A DNA stretch of 43,957 nt from Parcubacteria group bacterium (GTDB taxonomy: Bacteria > Patescibacteriota > Minisyncoccia > JACPHC01), in NCBI GenBank assembly GCA_016188775.1, contig JACPHC010000009.1, forward strand, positions 1-43,957, given 5' to 3'. Numbering within the stretch: position 1 is the stretch's first letter; every line of letters begins with the position of its first letter. Below are positions 9,110-18,916 of the stretch, piece after piece. The notes beneath the pieces were generated by a model. That model was not told where the DNA came from, searched no databases, and saw only the letters and a program-made list of their open reading frames with translations. A program made the translations under genes and the position numbers.

Positions 9110-9456
9110 GAAAACTTAAAAAAGGAAGGAAATTTGGTTTAAAGACGGGTCCCAGAAAAGCTCTTTTGCGCTCGTTGGCCGAAGCCCTGATTTTGCGCGA
9201 AAAGATTCGGACCACCGAGGCCAAGGCGAAAGAAATCGCCCCGATCGTTGAACGTTATGTGACGAAAGCTAAATCTAAAAACCTCGCTTCTTATCGGAAT
9301 TTTCTTAAAATTTTGCCAAAAGAATCGGCTAAAAAATTGTTCGATGAAATTGCCCCCCGCTATCAGGCGAGATCCGGAGGTTATACTCGGATTGTAAAAA
9401 CGGGTCGACGGTCCTCTGACGGCGGAAAAACCGCGATTTTAGAATTTGTTAAATAA
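9106..9456 (+). CDS. rplQ: 50S ribosomal protein L17
   Basis: KIRTTEAKAKE, RSGGYTRIVK. Confidence 0.96.
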   Translation: MRKLKKGRKFGLKTGPRKALLRSLAEALILREKIRTTEAKAKEIAPIVERYVTKAKSKNLASYRNFLKILPKESAKKLFDEIAPRYQARSGGYTRIVKTGRRSSDGGKTAILEFVK

Positions 9457-9463
9457 TAAAAAA

Positions 9464-9811
9464 ATGGAAAAAAAAGTTCACACCATTGACGCTTCTCGCA
9501 AAAAATTGGGCCGTTTGTCATCCGAAATTGCCATATTGCTTCGTGGAAAAAACAAAGCTTCTTTTCAGCCACACCTTGATGAAGGAAACGAGGTTCGGGT
9601 TATCAATATAGATAAAATGGAATTTTCCGGTAAAAAACTTGATCAAAAAATGTACTATCGCCATTCCGGATATTTGGGCGGATTAAAAACCGAATCTCTT
9701 CGCAAACTTTTGGCGAGAAAACCGGAAGATATTTTAAGGCAAGCTGTTTCCGGAATGCTGCCTAAAAATAAATTAAGACCCAAAATGTTAAAAAAACTTA
9801 TTATCAGATAA
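9464..9811 (+). CDS. rplM: 50S ribosomal protein L13
   Basis: IDASRKKLGRLSSEIA, YYRHSGYLGGLK, AVSGMLPKNKL. Confidence 0.96.
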   Translation: MEKKVHTIDASRKKLGRLSSEIAILLRGKNKASFQPHLDEGNEVRVINIDKMEFSGKKLDQKMYYRHSGYLGGLKTESLRKLLARKPEDILRQAVSGMLPKNKLRPKMLKKLIIR

Positions 9812-9830
9812 AAAGTTTTATAATTTTATT

Positions 9831-10295
9831 ATGGTTATTAAGTCAAAAGAGAAAAAAAAATCCGATTTGAAAGAGGTAAAAGAAAAGGCTCCAAAAGTTT
9901 TAAAAGATAAATACTTTGAAGCTGTTGGCCGGAGAAAAACAGCGGTGGCCCGAGTGCGGCTCTATCCGGGCAAAACTGAATATATCGTTAATGAAAAAAA
10001 ATTCAGCGATTATTTTCCGTTGATTCAATTGCAAAAGATCGTTGAAGATCCGATTAAAAGACTGAAAATTCAGGAGGAGAAAATCGGGATTTCGGCAAAA
10101 GTTGCCGGCGGGGGAATTCACGCTCAAGCCGAGGCGATCCGTCATGGCGTTTCTCGCGCTCTTTTGGATATTGATTCGGAATTTAGAAAACGGCTGAAAA
10201 AGGCCGGGTTTTTAACTCGCGATCCGCGAATGAAAGAGCGCAAAAAATACGGCCTCAAAGGCGCTCGCAAAGCTCCTCAGTGGGCGAAGCGGTAA
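9831..10295 (+). CDS. rpsI: 30S ribosomal protein S9
   Basis: GRRKTAVARVRL, LTRDPRMKERKKYGLKGARKAPQWAKR. Confidence 0.97.
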   Translation: MVIKSKEKKKSDLKEVKEKAPKVLKDKYFEAVGRRKTAVARVRLYPGKTEYIVNEKKFSDYFPLIQLQKIVEDPIKRLKIQEEKIGISAKVAGGGIHAQAEAIRHGVSRALLDIDSEFRKRLKKAGFLTRDPRMKERKKYGLKGARKAPQWAKR

Positions 10296-10301
10296 ACTAT
10301 A

Positions 10302-11300
10302 TCATATTTCAATCGCGAAGATGTTTTGTTCGTTTAAGAAATATAATTTTTTAGACCTCAAATCATAAAACAATTTTTTCGCCGGTTTGTCCGCGATATC
10401 ATAAGTATTCCTATTATCGCGGCCGTCAAGCTCGGCGATTTTTATTTTTCCGTTGACGCTGAAAATAACGTGTTCGTCAGTTTTGGCATACCAGACGGCG
10501 TCATCTATTTTCTCGGAATACCGGCCGATCAATTCTTTTTCGTCTTTTTTTCTTGGCGGTTGAGCGAGCGTTTCTTCAGGCCATAAAACCCAGATTTCTT
10601 TTTCTTTAAGAATCAAAAATTTTTCATTTTTAGAAGAAGGAATGATTTTTTTGACATCGCGATTGATTTCTTTAAAATTTTGTTCTTCCCTTTTTTTTTC
10701 AAGAAGTAACTCTTCTTTGGTGAGTATAAAAATAGAACCGGAGGTTTCAAGAATCTCGGCGTTTTTAATGCTTTCTTTCGCAATCGGCAAAGCATTGATC
10801 GCTGTTTTTTTTGAATCCAGTCCCTCTATTTTCCAAACTATTCCCGTCTCGTCAATCGCGTATTCGTTTTTTTTAATTTTAATTTCCGCGGAAATAATCG
10901 CGGAAAGATTTTTTTGATTTTCCAAGACAAGTTCCGATTTGATATTCTTGGGAATAAGGAAAATTGAAGTCGCTTCAGTCACCAGTTTTGGTTCGACCCT
11001 TAACGTTTTGGACCAGGCTTCAAATCCGTTTTTTTCGACTTTAACGTTCCAATTTTTTGGAAAAAGGCCGGAAATCAATATCGAATTTGAAAAAAACGAA
11101 GTTTTATGTTCTATCTTGTCGTTTAACAGAAGCTGAAAATCTCGTTGGGATGTTTTTAAATAAATTGCCCCGACCGTTACGATTTTCCTTTTTTTAAAAT
11201 CAAAACGCAGTCCCAATGACCATAAAATCACCGCGGGAACGACTATAATAAATAGAAGAAAAAATCCATAGAATAAAATTCGGCGGGTTAATTTAGTCAT
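10302..11300 (-). CDS. Membrane-anchored protein, probable PEGA-like domain plus beta-propeller-like C-terminus
   Basis: N-terminal TM helix; GAIYLKT...ISGLFPKNWNVKVEKNGFEAWSKTLRV. Confidence 0.65.
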   Translation of the reverse strand: MTKLTRRILFYGFFLLFIIVVPAVILWSLGLRFDFKKRKIVTVGAIYLKTSQRDFQLLLNDKIEHKTSFFSNSILISGLFPKNWNVKVEKNGFEAWSKTLRVEPKLVTEATSIFLIPKNIKSELVLENQKNLSAIISAEIKIKKNEYAIDETGIVWKIEGLDSKKTAINALPIAKESIKNAEILETSGSIFILTKEELLLEKKREEQNFKEINRDVKKIIPSSKNEKFLILKEKEIWVLWPEETLAQPPRKKDEKELIGRYSEKIDDAVWYAKTDEHVIFSVNGKIKIAELDGRDNRNTYDIADKPAKKLFYDLRSKKLYFLNEQNIFAIEI

Positions 11301-11367
11301 AAGAATAATAAAAACATTCGACGTTTATTTAATAACTTTTTTTAAAGAGTATAATATTTTCGTGAAC

Positions 11368-11397
11368 TTGCCAAGTAATCTGTTTTTTGCCTAAAAT
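11368..11397 (+). promoter_or_regulatory. Sigma70-type promoter of murA, likely leaderless
   Basis: TTGCCA-18 nt-TAAAAT, 6 nt before ATG 11404. Confidence 0.5.
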
Positions 11398-11403
11398 GAA
11401 ACA

Positions 11404-12687
11404 ATGGACGGTGAAAAGTTTATAATCCGCGGCGGGAAAAAATTAAGCGGCGAAATTAGGGTTCAGGGATCTAAAAACGCCGCTTTGCCTGTTTTAGCCG
11501 CCACTCTTCTAGTTCAAGAAACTTGCTCGCTCTCCAATATTCCTTTGATTCGGGATGTCGGGACTATTCTGGAAATTTTTAAATCTTTAGGGTCAAAAAT
11601 TACCTGGACGAGCGGCGATTTGACAATTGATAATTCCGATATTTCAAATTTCGCGCCGCAATCGGATTATGTTCGTTTGCTTCGGGGTTCGGTTTTGCTT
11701 CTTGGTCCATTGCTCGCGCGTTTTGGCGAAGTTTTAATGCCTTATCCGGGCGGAGACGCCATAGGCGCGCGGTCTATTGATTCGCATCTTGAAGGTTTTA
11801 GAGCTTTGGGCGCCGATGTAAGCGTGGGCGAGGATCATTTTTTAAAAATTAAAGCTCCGCGCCTGGCATCGGGCAAGCCAAAATTAATCGGGGCAAAAAT
11901 TGTTCTTTCCGAATCTTCAGTGACAACGACGGAGAATCTAATGCTGGCCGCGGTTTTAGCTGAAGGCGAGACGCGGCTTCGGCTTTGCGCGGCCGAACCT
12001 CATGTTCAAAATTTAGCGTTATTTTTGAATAAAATGGGAGCGAAAATTAATGGCGCCGGCACTCCTTCTATTGATATTAAAGGCGTGGTCAGGCTTAAAG
12101 GAGTCGAACATAAAATCATATCTGATTCTGATGAAGCGATGAATTTGACTCTTTTGGGCGCGGCCTCCAGGAGCGATTTTTATATCCGCGATATAAATCC
12201 TGATTTTTTAGAGGCGGGCATTCAAAAACTTAAAGAAATTGGAGTCGCCTTGGAGATTGGCAATGATTTTTTGCGCCTTAAGCCGCCCTCTTCAATTTAT
12301 CAATCTTTTAAAATTCAATCCGGCCTTTATCCGAAACTTCTGACCGATCAGATTCCGCCTTTTTCCGTGCTGGCCACTCAAGCCCAGGGAACAAGTTTAA
12401 TTCATGAATGGATGTATGAAGGCCGGCTTGGCTATATTAACGAATTGATTAAAATGGGAGCCAATGCCGTTATTATGGATCCGCACCGGGCCTTGATTGT
12501 CGGGCCGACTCCGTTTCACGGCGCGGAATTAAAAAGCTTGGATGTTAGAGCCGGCATGACTTCCATCATCGCCGCTTTAGTTGCGGAAGGCGAATCTATT
12601 TTGTATGATGCTTTTAATATTGATCGGGGCTTTGAAAAATTAGATGAACGGTTGAGAAAATTGGGAGCGGATATTACAAGAATGTAG
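11404..12687 (+). CDS. murA: UDP-N-acetylglucosamine 1-carboxyvinyltransferase, Cys-to-Asp active-site type
   Basis: GSKNAALPVLAATLL, PGGDAIGARSIDSH, AAEPHV, DVRAG, IDRGFE. Confidence 0.95.
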   Translation: MDGEKFIIRGGKKLSGEIRVQGSKNAALPVLAATLLVQETCSLSNIPLIRDVGTILEIFKSLGSKITWTSGDLTIDNSDISNFAPQSDYVRLLRGSVLLLGPLLARFGEVLMPYPGGDAIGARSIDSHLEGFRALGADVSVGEDHFLKIKAPRLASGKPKLIGAKIVLSESSVTTTENLMLAAVLAEGETRLRLCAAEPHVQNLALFLNKMGAKINGAGTPSIDIKGVVRLKGVEHKIISDSDEAMNLTLLGAASRSDFYIRDINPDFLEAGIQKLKEIGVALEIGNDFLRLKPPSSIYQSFKIQSGLYPKLLTDQIPPFSVLATQAQGTSLIHEWMYEGRLGYINELIKMGANAVIMDPHRALIVGPTPFHGAELKSLDVRAGMTSIIAALVAEGESILYDAFNIDRGFEKLDERLRKLGADITRM

Positions 12688-12725
12688 ATATTATAAATCT
12701 CCGTTTCCTTCGCTTGTAATGATTA

Positions 12726-12818
12726 AAGAAGTTATTCTAAAAATTTTTAAGGTCGAGGCGCTTTAATGAAATTATATAATCCGCCGAGGGTGCCTAAAAA
12801 ATTTTAGAATGACTTCTT
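12726..12818. repeat. ~93-bp hairpin element, copy 1 of 2 (other at 16297-16390)
   Basis: Shared core AGGTCGAGGCNCTTTAATGAAATTATATAATCCGCCGAGGGTRCCTAAAAA; locus-specific outer stems. Confidence 0.9.
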
Positions 12819-12855
12819 AGTTATTATTCAGAAAAATTATTTCGCAAAGAGTCTT

Positions 12856-13869
12856 ATGTTTGTAAAAAAAATTGGAATTGATTTGGGAACGGCCAATACT
12901 TTGGTTTTTTTGCCCAAAAAGGGCGTGATTATCAATGAGCCGACCGTAGTTGCTGTTTCGATTGACGATAATCGCGTTTTGGCCGTTGGCAATGAAGCTC
13001 GAGCGATGATCGGCCGGACGCCGGAAAATATTGTCGCTTATCGGCCGATGAAAGACGGTGTTATCGCCGATTACCGCATAACGCAGGCTATGCTTCGGCA
13101 TTTCATAGGAAAAGCGGCTGGCCGTTTTAAGTTTTTTAGGCCCGAGGTTATGATTTCGATTCCGGCCGGCGCCACTTCGACCGAAAGAAGAGCGGTTATT
13201 GACGCCGCTATGCAGGCTGGCGCCAAGGCGGCTTATGTCGTGAAACAACCGGTCTTGGCCGCTATTGGGGCCGGCGTGGCGATTAACGAACCGGTCGGTA
13301 GTATGATTATTGATATCGGCGGCGGAACATCGCAGGTAGCGGTAATATCTTTGGGAGGCATTGTGGCTTGGGCCGCGACCAGAATCGGCGGCAATAGATT
13401 TGATCAGGCCATCGCGGAGTATATTAAAAGGAAACATAATTTGGCGGTAGGAGACCGGACTGCCGAGGAAATAAAACTGGCTATCGGCACGGCAATGGTG
13501 AAGAAAGACGAACGATTAATGTCTTATGAAGTCAAAGGAAGAGATTTGATTTCCGGACTTCCAAAAACTATCACCATTACTTCTCCGGAGATAATTGAAG
13601 CGGTCTCCGCCGAGCTTCAGGAAGTGATTCGCGTCATCAGACAGGTTTTTGCCGACACTCCTCCCGAGCTTTCCGCGGATATCATCAATAATGGCATGGT
13701 GCTGACCGGCGGCGGCTGCCTTTTGAGAAATCTTGATGGCCTTCTTTCGAGAATAACCGGCGTTCCGGCTGTTGTCGCCGATGATCCGATGCTTTGCGTG
13801 GCTAAAGGCACGGGCGTTGTTTTAAGTCAACTTGACGCTTACAAAAAAACAATTATGACGAAAAAATGA
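12856..13869 (+). CDS. mreB: MreB/Mbl-family actin homologue (paralogue outside the mre operon)
   Basis: IGIDLGTANT, DIGGGTS, DTPPELSADI, LTGGG. Confidence 0.92.
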   Translation: MFVKKIGIDLGTANTLVFLPKKGVIINEPTVVAVSIDDNRVLAVGNEARAMIGRTPENIVAYRPMKDGVIADYRITQAMLRHFIGKAAGRFKFFRPEVMISIPAGATSTERRAVIDAAMQAGAKAAYVVKQPVLAAIGAGVAINEPVGSMIIDIGGGTSQVAVISLGGIVAWAATRIGGNRFDQAIAEYIKRKHNLAVGDRTAEEIKLAIGTAMVKKDERLMSYEVKGRDLISGLPKTITITSPEIIEAVSAELQEVIRVIRQVFADTPPELSADIINNGMVLTGGGCLLRNLDGLLSRITGVPAVVADDPMLCVAKGTGVVLSQLDAYKKTIMTKK

Positions 13870-14624
13870 ATACTATCGGCCATCAAAAAATAATTAATTT
13901 TTTTAAAAAAAGCCTTGCCAGCGGTAAAGTCGCTCACTCTTATTTTTTTTCCGGCGAGGCCAGTTCAGGCAAATTGACAATGGCGGAATTTTTCGCTCGA
14001 ACGCTTTTGAAATCGGAAAATCTTTCCAATAACCCGGATTTTAAAATTATTGACAAAAACAGCGTCGGTATAGACGATATTCGGGATTTAATTAATTTTT
14101 TAACTTTTAAAAGTTATCAAAATTTTAAAGTCGCCATTATTAATAACGCTGAATTGATGAGTCACGAAGCCCAGTCCGCTATTTTGAAAACCCTTGAGGA
14201 ACCCGCTCCAAAGACAGTTTTAATTTTAACAAGTTCGTCGCCGTCTGGGTTGTTGCCGACTATCTTGTCCCGGACTCTTCAAATTAATTTCCGGCCGGTT
14301 CCGGGGACAGTTAAAGACGAAAAAAAAATTGAAGTAAATCGGGAAGAGACAAGAGAGATGGAGAAAATTTTTAATTCAAGCCTTTTTGGCCGGTTTGAAT
14401 ATTTGGAAAAAAAATGCGTTGACGATAAAGAAAAGGCTGGAGATTTTTTGAATAAAATCCGCGTCTATTTTCGCCAAAAACTTTTAAAGGAAGTTGAGGC
14501 AGGCGAAACGGAGGCGGCTTTAAAAACAAAAAATTATTTGAAATTCATGAATGAAGTCGAAGAAGCCTTAAAATTTAATGTTAATTCCCAAAGGGCATTG
14601 GAAATCTTAATGGCTAAACTATAA
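13866..14624 (+). CDS. holB: DNA polymerase III delta-prime subunit-like
   Basis: HSYFFSG, AQSAILKTLEEP, LLPTILSR. Confidence 0.85.
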   Translation: MNTIGHQKIINFFKKSLASGKVAHSYFFSGEASSGKLTMAEFFARTLLKSENLSNNPDFKIIDKNSVGIDDIRDLINFLTFKSYQNFKVAIINNAELMSHEAQSAILKTLEEPAPKTVLILTSSSPSGLLPTILSRTLQINFRPVPGTVKDEKKIEVNREETREMEKIFNSSLFGRFEYLEKKCVDDKEKAGDFLNKIRVYFRQKLLKEVEAGETEAALKTKNYLKFMNEVEEALKFNVNSQRALEILMAKL

Positions 14625-14629
14625 GCTTT

Positions 14630-15721
14630 ATGTTAAAAGACATTCTTTTTATTCTTTTTGTCATCGCGCTGGTTATTTTTATCGTTATTTTCGCGCCCTT
14701 GATTTTGCAGGGAAGTTTTCGAGGGCAGACTTTAAGAGACGGCGGCGTTTTTATTTCTCGAGACAACGGCGATAATTGGATTCAGAAAAAAAATCTTCTT
14801 CCCAAAGGTGACATCAGCCGCGTGGAAGTTATTGATATAGCGATTGATCCGACCGATTCTAATCTTATTTTTTTGGGAACTAAAGAAGGCGGACTTTATA
14901 AAAGCCTTGACGCGGGCGAATCTTGGTTTGCTTTCCGTGATTTAATCGGTTTCCTTGGACCGCGGGACACGGTTGAAAAAATCGCTTATGACAAGACCAA
15001 TAAAGATCGTTTTTATTTGGCCATTTTTCAGGCGAGGAGAGGGAAGCTTCTTAAGACCGTTGATAACGGCCAGTCTTTCCGGGAAGTTTTTACCGTGGCT
15101 TCGGATAATTTTCTTATTTACGATATTGTCGTCGATCCTCAAAAGCCGTCCCGTCTTTATTTAGCCACGGGTCAGGGCGGATTTATAACTTCGGATGATT
15201 ACGGGGAATCCTGGAGAGTTCTTAAATGGTTTCCCGGTCCGGTTTGGCAAATCATTATTAATCCTTTTGACAGCAACGTAATTTACGCCGTGACTCGGAA
15301 TCAGGGATTATTCAAGACTCAAGATCGCGGCAAGAGCTGGACCGAACTTTCTTTGGAAATAGCTGAGAAATTTCCCGGCTCTTTAGCTGTTATGGATATG
15401 GCCATGAATCCGAACAATTCAAATATTTTATATCTGGCCACCAGCTTCGGGCTTCTTAAAAGTTCTAATGCCGGCTTGACTTTCGAGGCTGTCAAAAGTT
15501 TGGTTATTCCGCCGGAATCTTTGCCGGTGCTTTCGGTGGATTTAAGTCCTTTAAACAATAATTTGATATTTTTGAGCGCGGCTAATCATATTTATCGCTC
15601 CGAAGATAACGGAAAAAATTGGATCATCGCGACCCCGGCCACTTCGAAAAAAATTCGGGTTTTGAAAATTGATCCGAAAAATCCTAAAATTATATTAGCT
15701 GGCATGGAAAACCCGCAATGA
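14630..15721 (+). CDS. Membrane-anchored BNR/Asp-box beta-propeller protein
   Basis: Repeated SxDxGxxW motifs (SRDNGDNW, SLDAGESW, SDDYGESW, TQDRGKSW, SEDNGKNW). Confidence 0.85.
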   Translation: MLKDILFILFVIALVIFIVIFAPLILQGSFRGQTLRDGGVFISRDNGDNWIQKKNLLPKGDISRVEVIDIAIDPTDSNLIFLGTKEGGLYKSLDAGESWFAFRDLIGFLGPRDTVEKIAYDKTNKDRFYLAIFQARRGKLLKTVDNGQSFREVFTVASDNFLIYDIVVDPQKPSRLYLATGQGGFITSDDYGESWRVLKWFPGPVWQIIINPFDSNVIYAVTRNQGLFKTQDRGKSWTELSLEIAEKFPGSLAVMDMAMNPNNSNILYLATSFGLLKSSNAGLTFEAVKSLVIPPESLPVLSVDLSPLNNNLIFLSAANHIYRSEDNGKNWIIATPATSKKIRVLKIDPKNPKIILAGMENPQ

Positions 15722-16272
15722 TTCAAAATTATTTAGACAAAATAAAATCAAAATTTGAAAAAAGCGTTGAAACGTTTAAGTCTGAATTGCTTTCTTTGCG
15801 CGTCGGCCGGGCCAGTCCGGCTTTGATTGAGAATTTAGTCGTGGACGCTTATGATTCAAAAATGAAGCTTCAAGAGTTGGCTTCCATCAGCGCTCCGGAC
15901 GCTAAAATTTTGGAAATTTTACCTTGGGACAAAAATATTTTGAAAAATATCGAAGAAGCGATCAGGAAATCGCCGCTCGGATTGAATCCCAATATCGCCG
16001 GTGATAAAATCCGATTGGTTTTGCCGCCGCTGACCGATGAAAGAAAAAAGGAATTGTTTAAACTCATTAGCCGATTAGCCGAAGAAGCGCGTCAAATTAT
16101 CAGAAAAGAGCGGGAGGAAATTTTACGCGAAATCGGGCGTTTGAGCAAAGACGGAGAAATTTCCGAAGACGAATTTTTTAAATTCAAAGAGAATCTTCAA
16201 AAATTGGTCGATGAATTTAACGCTAAAATTAAGGATTTACAAAATAAAAAGGAAGATGAAATTAACAAATAA
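15718..16272 (+). CDS. frr: Ribosome recycling factor
   Basis: LRVGRASPALIE, PWDK, LGLNP, PPLTDERKKEL. Confidence 0.95.
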   Translation: MIQNYLDKIKSKFEKSVETFKSELLSLRVGRASPALIENLVVDAYDSKMKLQELASISAPDAKILEILPWDKNILKNIEEAIRKSPLGLNPNIAGDKIRLVLPPLTDERKKELFKLISRLAEEARQIIRKEREEILREIGRLSKDGEISEDEFFKFKENLQKLVDEFNAKIKDLQNKKEDEINK

Positions 16273-16296
16273 AAAATTTTTATCAAAACGAGTAAT

Positions 16297-16390
16297 AAAT
16301 ATGTATCCTAAAAAATTTTTGAGGTCGAGGCTCTTTAATGAAATTATATAATCCGCCGAGGGTACCTAAAAATTTTTAGGATACATATTT
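16297..16390. repeat. Hairpin element, copy 2
   Basis: Outer stem AAATATGTATCCTAAAAA/TTTTTAGGATACATATTT around the shared core. Confidence 0.9.
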
Positions 16391-16422
16391 TTGCGCTTTG
16401 TAATTATATTAATAAATTATCT

Positions 16423-17505
16423 ATGACTTTTATTTTATTTATTTTAGTTTTGGGAATCTTAGTGATTGTTCATGAATTTGGGCATTTTATTTTCGCGCGT
16501 TATTTCGGCGTCAAGGTCGATGAATTCGGATTTGGTTTTCCGCCAAGATTATTCGGCGTTAAAAAAGGCCAAACTCTTTTTTCTTTAAATTTGTTTCCTT
16601 TGGGCGGATTCGTGAAAATTTTCGGCGAAGAAGGAGAAGGGAAAGGCGATCCTTCAAGCTTTGTTTCAAATTCGGCTTTAAGGCGGGCTTTGATCATTTC
16701 GGCCGGCGTTATAATGAATTTGATTTTGGCTTGGTTTTTATTTTCCTTGATTCATTTTTTGGGAATTCCGCAAGCCGTTGAAAAAGATGATTTGAAAGCT
16801 AAGAATATTAAAATTCAGATTCTGGCGATTCAAAAAGATTCTCCGGCTGAAAAATCGGGGCTCAAAATTGGCGATGCTATTTTAATGCTTGAACAAAAAA
16901 ATGATGTTTTTAAAATTTCGGAAAACATCCCAACCGAGGATGTCATAAAATTTATTAAAGAGCGGGCCGGTCGAGAGTTGGTTCTTCAAATTTTAAGGGG
17001 CAAAGAGGTAATAATGATTAAAGCCGTTCCTAGGGAAAATCCTCCGCCGAGAGAAGGAGCTTTAGGCATTGCCATTGAACGAGTGGGAATCGCGGCTTCT
17101 CCTTGGTACTTGGCCCCTATTGATGGCCTCAAAACCACATTTAACACCGCGGCCCTTTTTCTTTATTCAATTTTCAATATTGTTAAAAATTTGATAATCG
17201 GCCAACATCAAGAGCTTGGCATTACCGGTCCGATCGGCATCGCGGTTTTGACCCGAGATATTTACAGGCTCGGTTTTATTTATTTTTTGCAGTTTATCGC
17301 TCTGATATCCATCAATCTGGCCGTGATTAATATTTTTCCTTTTCCGGCCCTGGACGGCGGCCGGCTTTTATTCATCGCTATTGAAAAAATCAAAGGTAGT
17401 CCGGTTTCTCAATCCGCGGAAAAAATCACCCACGCTATCGGCTTTGCTCTTTTGATATTTTTGATGATTTTTGTCACTTTTCGGGATATTCAAAGATTTT
17501 TTTAA
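16423..17505 (+). CDS. rseP: Site-2 (M50) membrane zinc metalloprotease with PDZ domain
   Basis: HEFGH, PLGGFVKI, AGVIMN, NIFPFPALDGGR. Confidence 0.93.
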   Translation: MTFILFILVLGILVIVHEFGHFIFARYFGVKVDEFGFGFPPRLFGVKKGQTLFSLNLFPLGGFVKIFGEEGEGKGDPSSFVSNSALRRALIISAGVIMNLILAWFLFSLIHFLGIPQAVEKDDLKAKNIKIQILAIQKDSPAEKSGLKIGDAILMLEQKNDVFKISENIPTEDVIKFIKERAGRELVLQILRGKEVIMIKAVPRENPPPREGALGIAIERVGIAASPWYLAPIDGLKTTFNTAALFLYSIFNIVKNLIIGQHQELGITGPIGIAVLTRDIYRLGFIYFLQFIALISINLAVINIFPFPALDGGRLLFIAIEKIKGSPVSQSAEKITHAIGFALLIFLMIFVTFRDIQRFF

Positions 17506-17514
17506 AAGATCTAA

Positions 17515-17607
17515 TGTCATTGCGAGGCGATGGAATCGCCGAAGTAATCTCATTTCTTGGTTAATTTTTGAGATTGCTTCGTCGGCTCAGGCCTCCTCGC
17601 AATGACA
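17515..17607. repeat. GTCATTGCGAG...CTCGCAATGAC palindromic element, copy 1 of 3
   Basis: Terminal inverted repeats plus GAAGYAATCTC/GAGATTGCTTC inner stem. Confidence 0.9.
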
Positions 17608-17644
17608 AACAAATTTGTTTTATATTGATGAATTTTACAATAAT

Positions 17645-18901
17645 ATGCGTCAATCTCAACTTTTTACCAAAATTTTAAAAGAGTCTCCCAAGGACGAAAT
17701 TTCGGCTAATGCTAAATTATTGGAGCGGGCCGGTTTTATTTTTAAAACCATGAGCGGCGTTTACGATTATTTGCCGCTGGGATGGCGCGTCCTTTCAAAA
17801 ATCAATCAAATTATCCGCGAAGAAATAAACGCGATTGGCGGACAGGAATTGCATCTTTCCGCTTTTCAATCAAAAGATTTGTGGGAAAAAACCGGCCGCT
17901 GGCAAACTCTGGCCGATATTATGTATCAATTTAAAGATCAATCCGGCCATGATGTCGGACTGGCCACCACCCACGAAGAAGCCGTCACCGATATTGCCAA
18001 ACGTTTTATTCGTTCTTATAAAGATTTGCCGGTTTTTGTCTATCAAATTCAAACTAAATTTCGGGACGAGCCCAGGGCTCGCTCCGGCCTTATCCGGGGC
18101 AAAGAATTTTTAATGAAAGATCTTTACAGCTTTCATCAAGATGAAAAAGATTTAGATTTATTTTATAAAAAAGTGGTCAAGGCTTACCTGAAAATTTTTA
18201 AACGCCTGGGTCTTTCAATATTCGTTACCGAAGCTTCCGGGGGCATTTTTTCCAAAGAGCCGTCTCACGAGTTTCAAGCTTTAACTTTGTCCGGCGAAGA
18301 TACGATATTTTATTGTCAAAAATGCCAATACGCCCAGAATCGGGAAATAGCGACTATGAAAGAAGGCGGGCAATGCCCAAAATGCTCCGGAAAAGTTTTT
18401 CAGTCCCGAGCCATTGAAGTCGGCAATATTTTTAAATTAGGAACTAGATTTTCCGAAGCGATTGGATTAAATTTTATTTCCAAAGACGGCCAGGCGCGTC
18501 CGGCGATTATGGGAAGCTACGGCATTGGCCCGGGTCGGGCGATGGGAACAATCGTCGAAGTCTCAAGCGATGAGCGCGGAATTATTTGGCCCGAGTCAGT
18601 CGCGCCTTACGGCATTCATTTAATTTTTCTTTTTCGGGAAAGCGTGAAAAAAACGCGACTGAAAAAATTAGCGGAAAAAATTTATCAGGATTTACAAAAG
18701 AAAAATATCGAGGTATTGTATGATGATCGAGAAGATAAATCAGCCGGTGAAAAATTCGCTGACGCGGATTTAATCGGCGCGCCGTTAAGAATCGTAGTTT
18801 CGGATAAAACAATGGCCAAAGACAGCGTTGAGATTAAAAAGAGAAACAGCAAGAAAATAGAAGTTGTAAAAATATCAAGATTTAATCAAATTAAAAAATA
18901 A
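17645..18901 (+). CDS. proS: Proline--tRNA ligase, short form without insertion editing domain
   Basis: MRQSQLF, THEE, KFRDEPRARSGLIRGKEF, IEVGNIFKLG, MGSYGIG. Confidence 0.95.
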   Translation: MRQSQLFTKILKESPKDEISANAKLLERAGFIFKTMSGVYDYLPLGWRVLSKINQIIREEINAIGGQELHLSAFQSKDLWEKTGRWQTLADIMYQFKDQSGHDVGLATTHEEAVTDIAKRFIRSYKDLPVFVYQIQTKFRDEPRARSGLIRGKEFLMKDLYSFHQDEKDLDLFYKKVVKAYLKIFKRLGLSIFVTEASGGIFSKEPSHEFQALTLSGEDTIFYCQKCQYAQNREIATMKEGGQCPKCSGKVFQSRAIEVGNIFKLGTRFSEAIGLNFISKDGQARPAIMGSYGIGPGRAMGTIVEVSSDERGIIWPESVAPYGIHLIFLFRESVKKTRLKKLAEKIYQDLQKKNIEVLYDDREDKSAGEKFADADLIGAPLRIVVSDKTMAKDSVEIKKRNSKKIEVVKISRFNQIKK

Positions 18902-18916
18902 AAAAAGTTGTTATAT

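Noticed and set aside
12817-13437. Long antisense ORFs opposite mreB (also 19080-19784, 25018-25539, 40747-41280)
   Set aside because: Shadow frames of well-conserved genes with no motifs of their own
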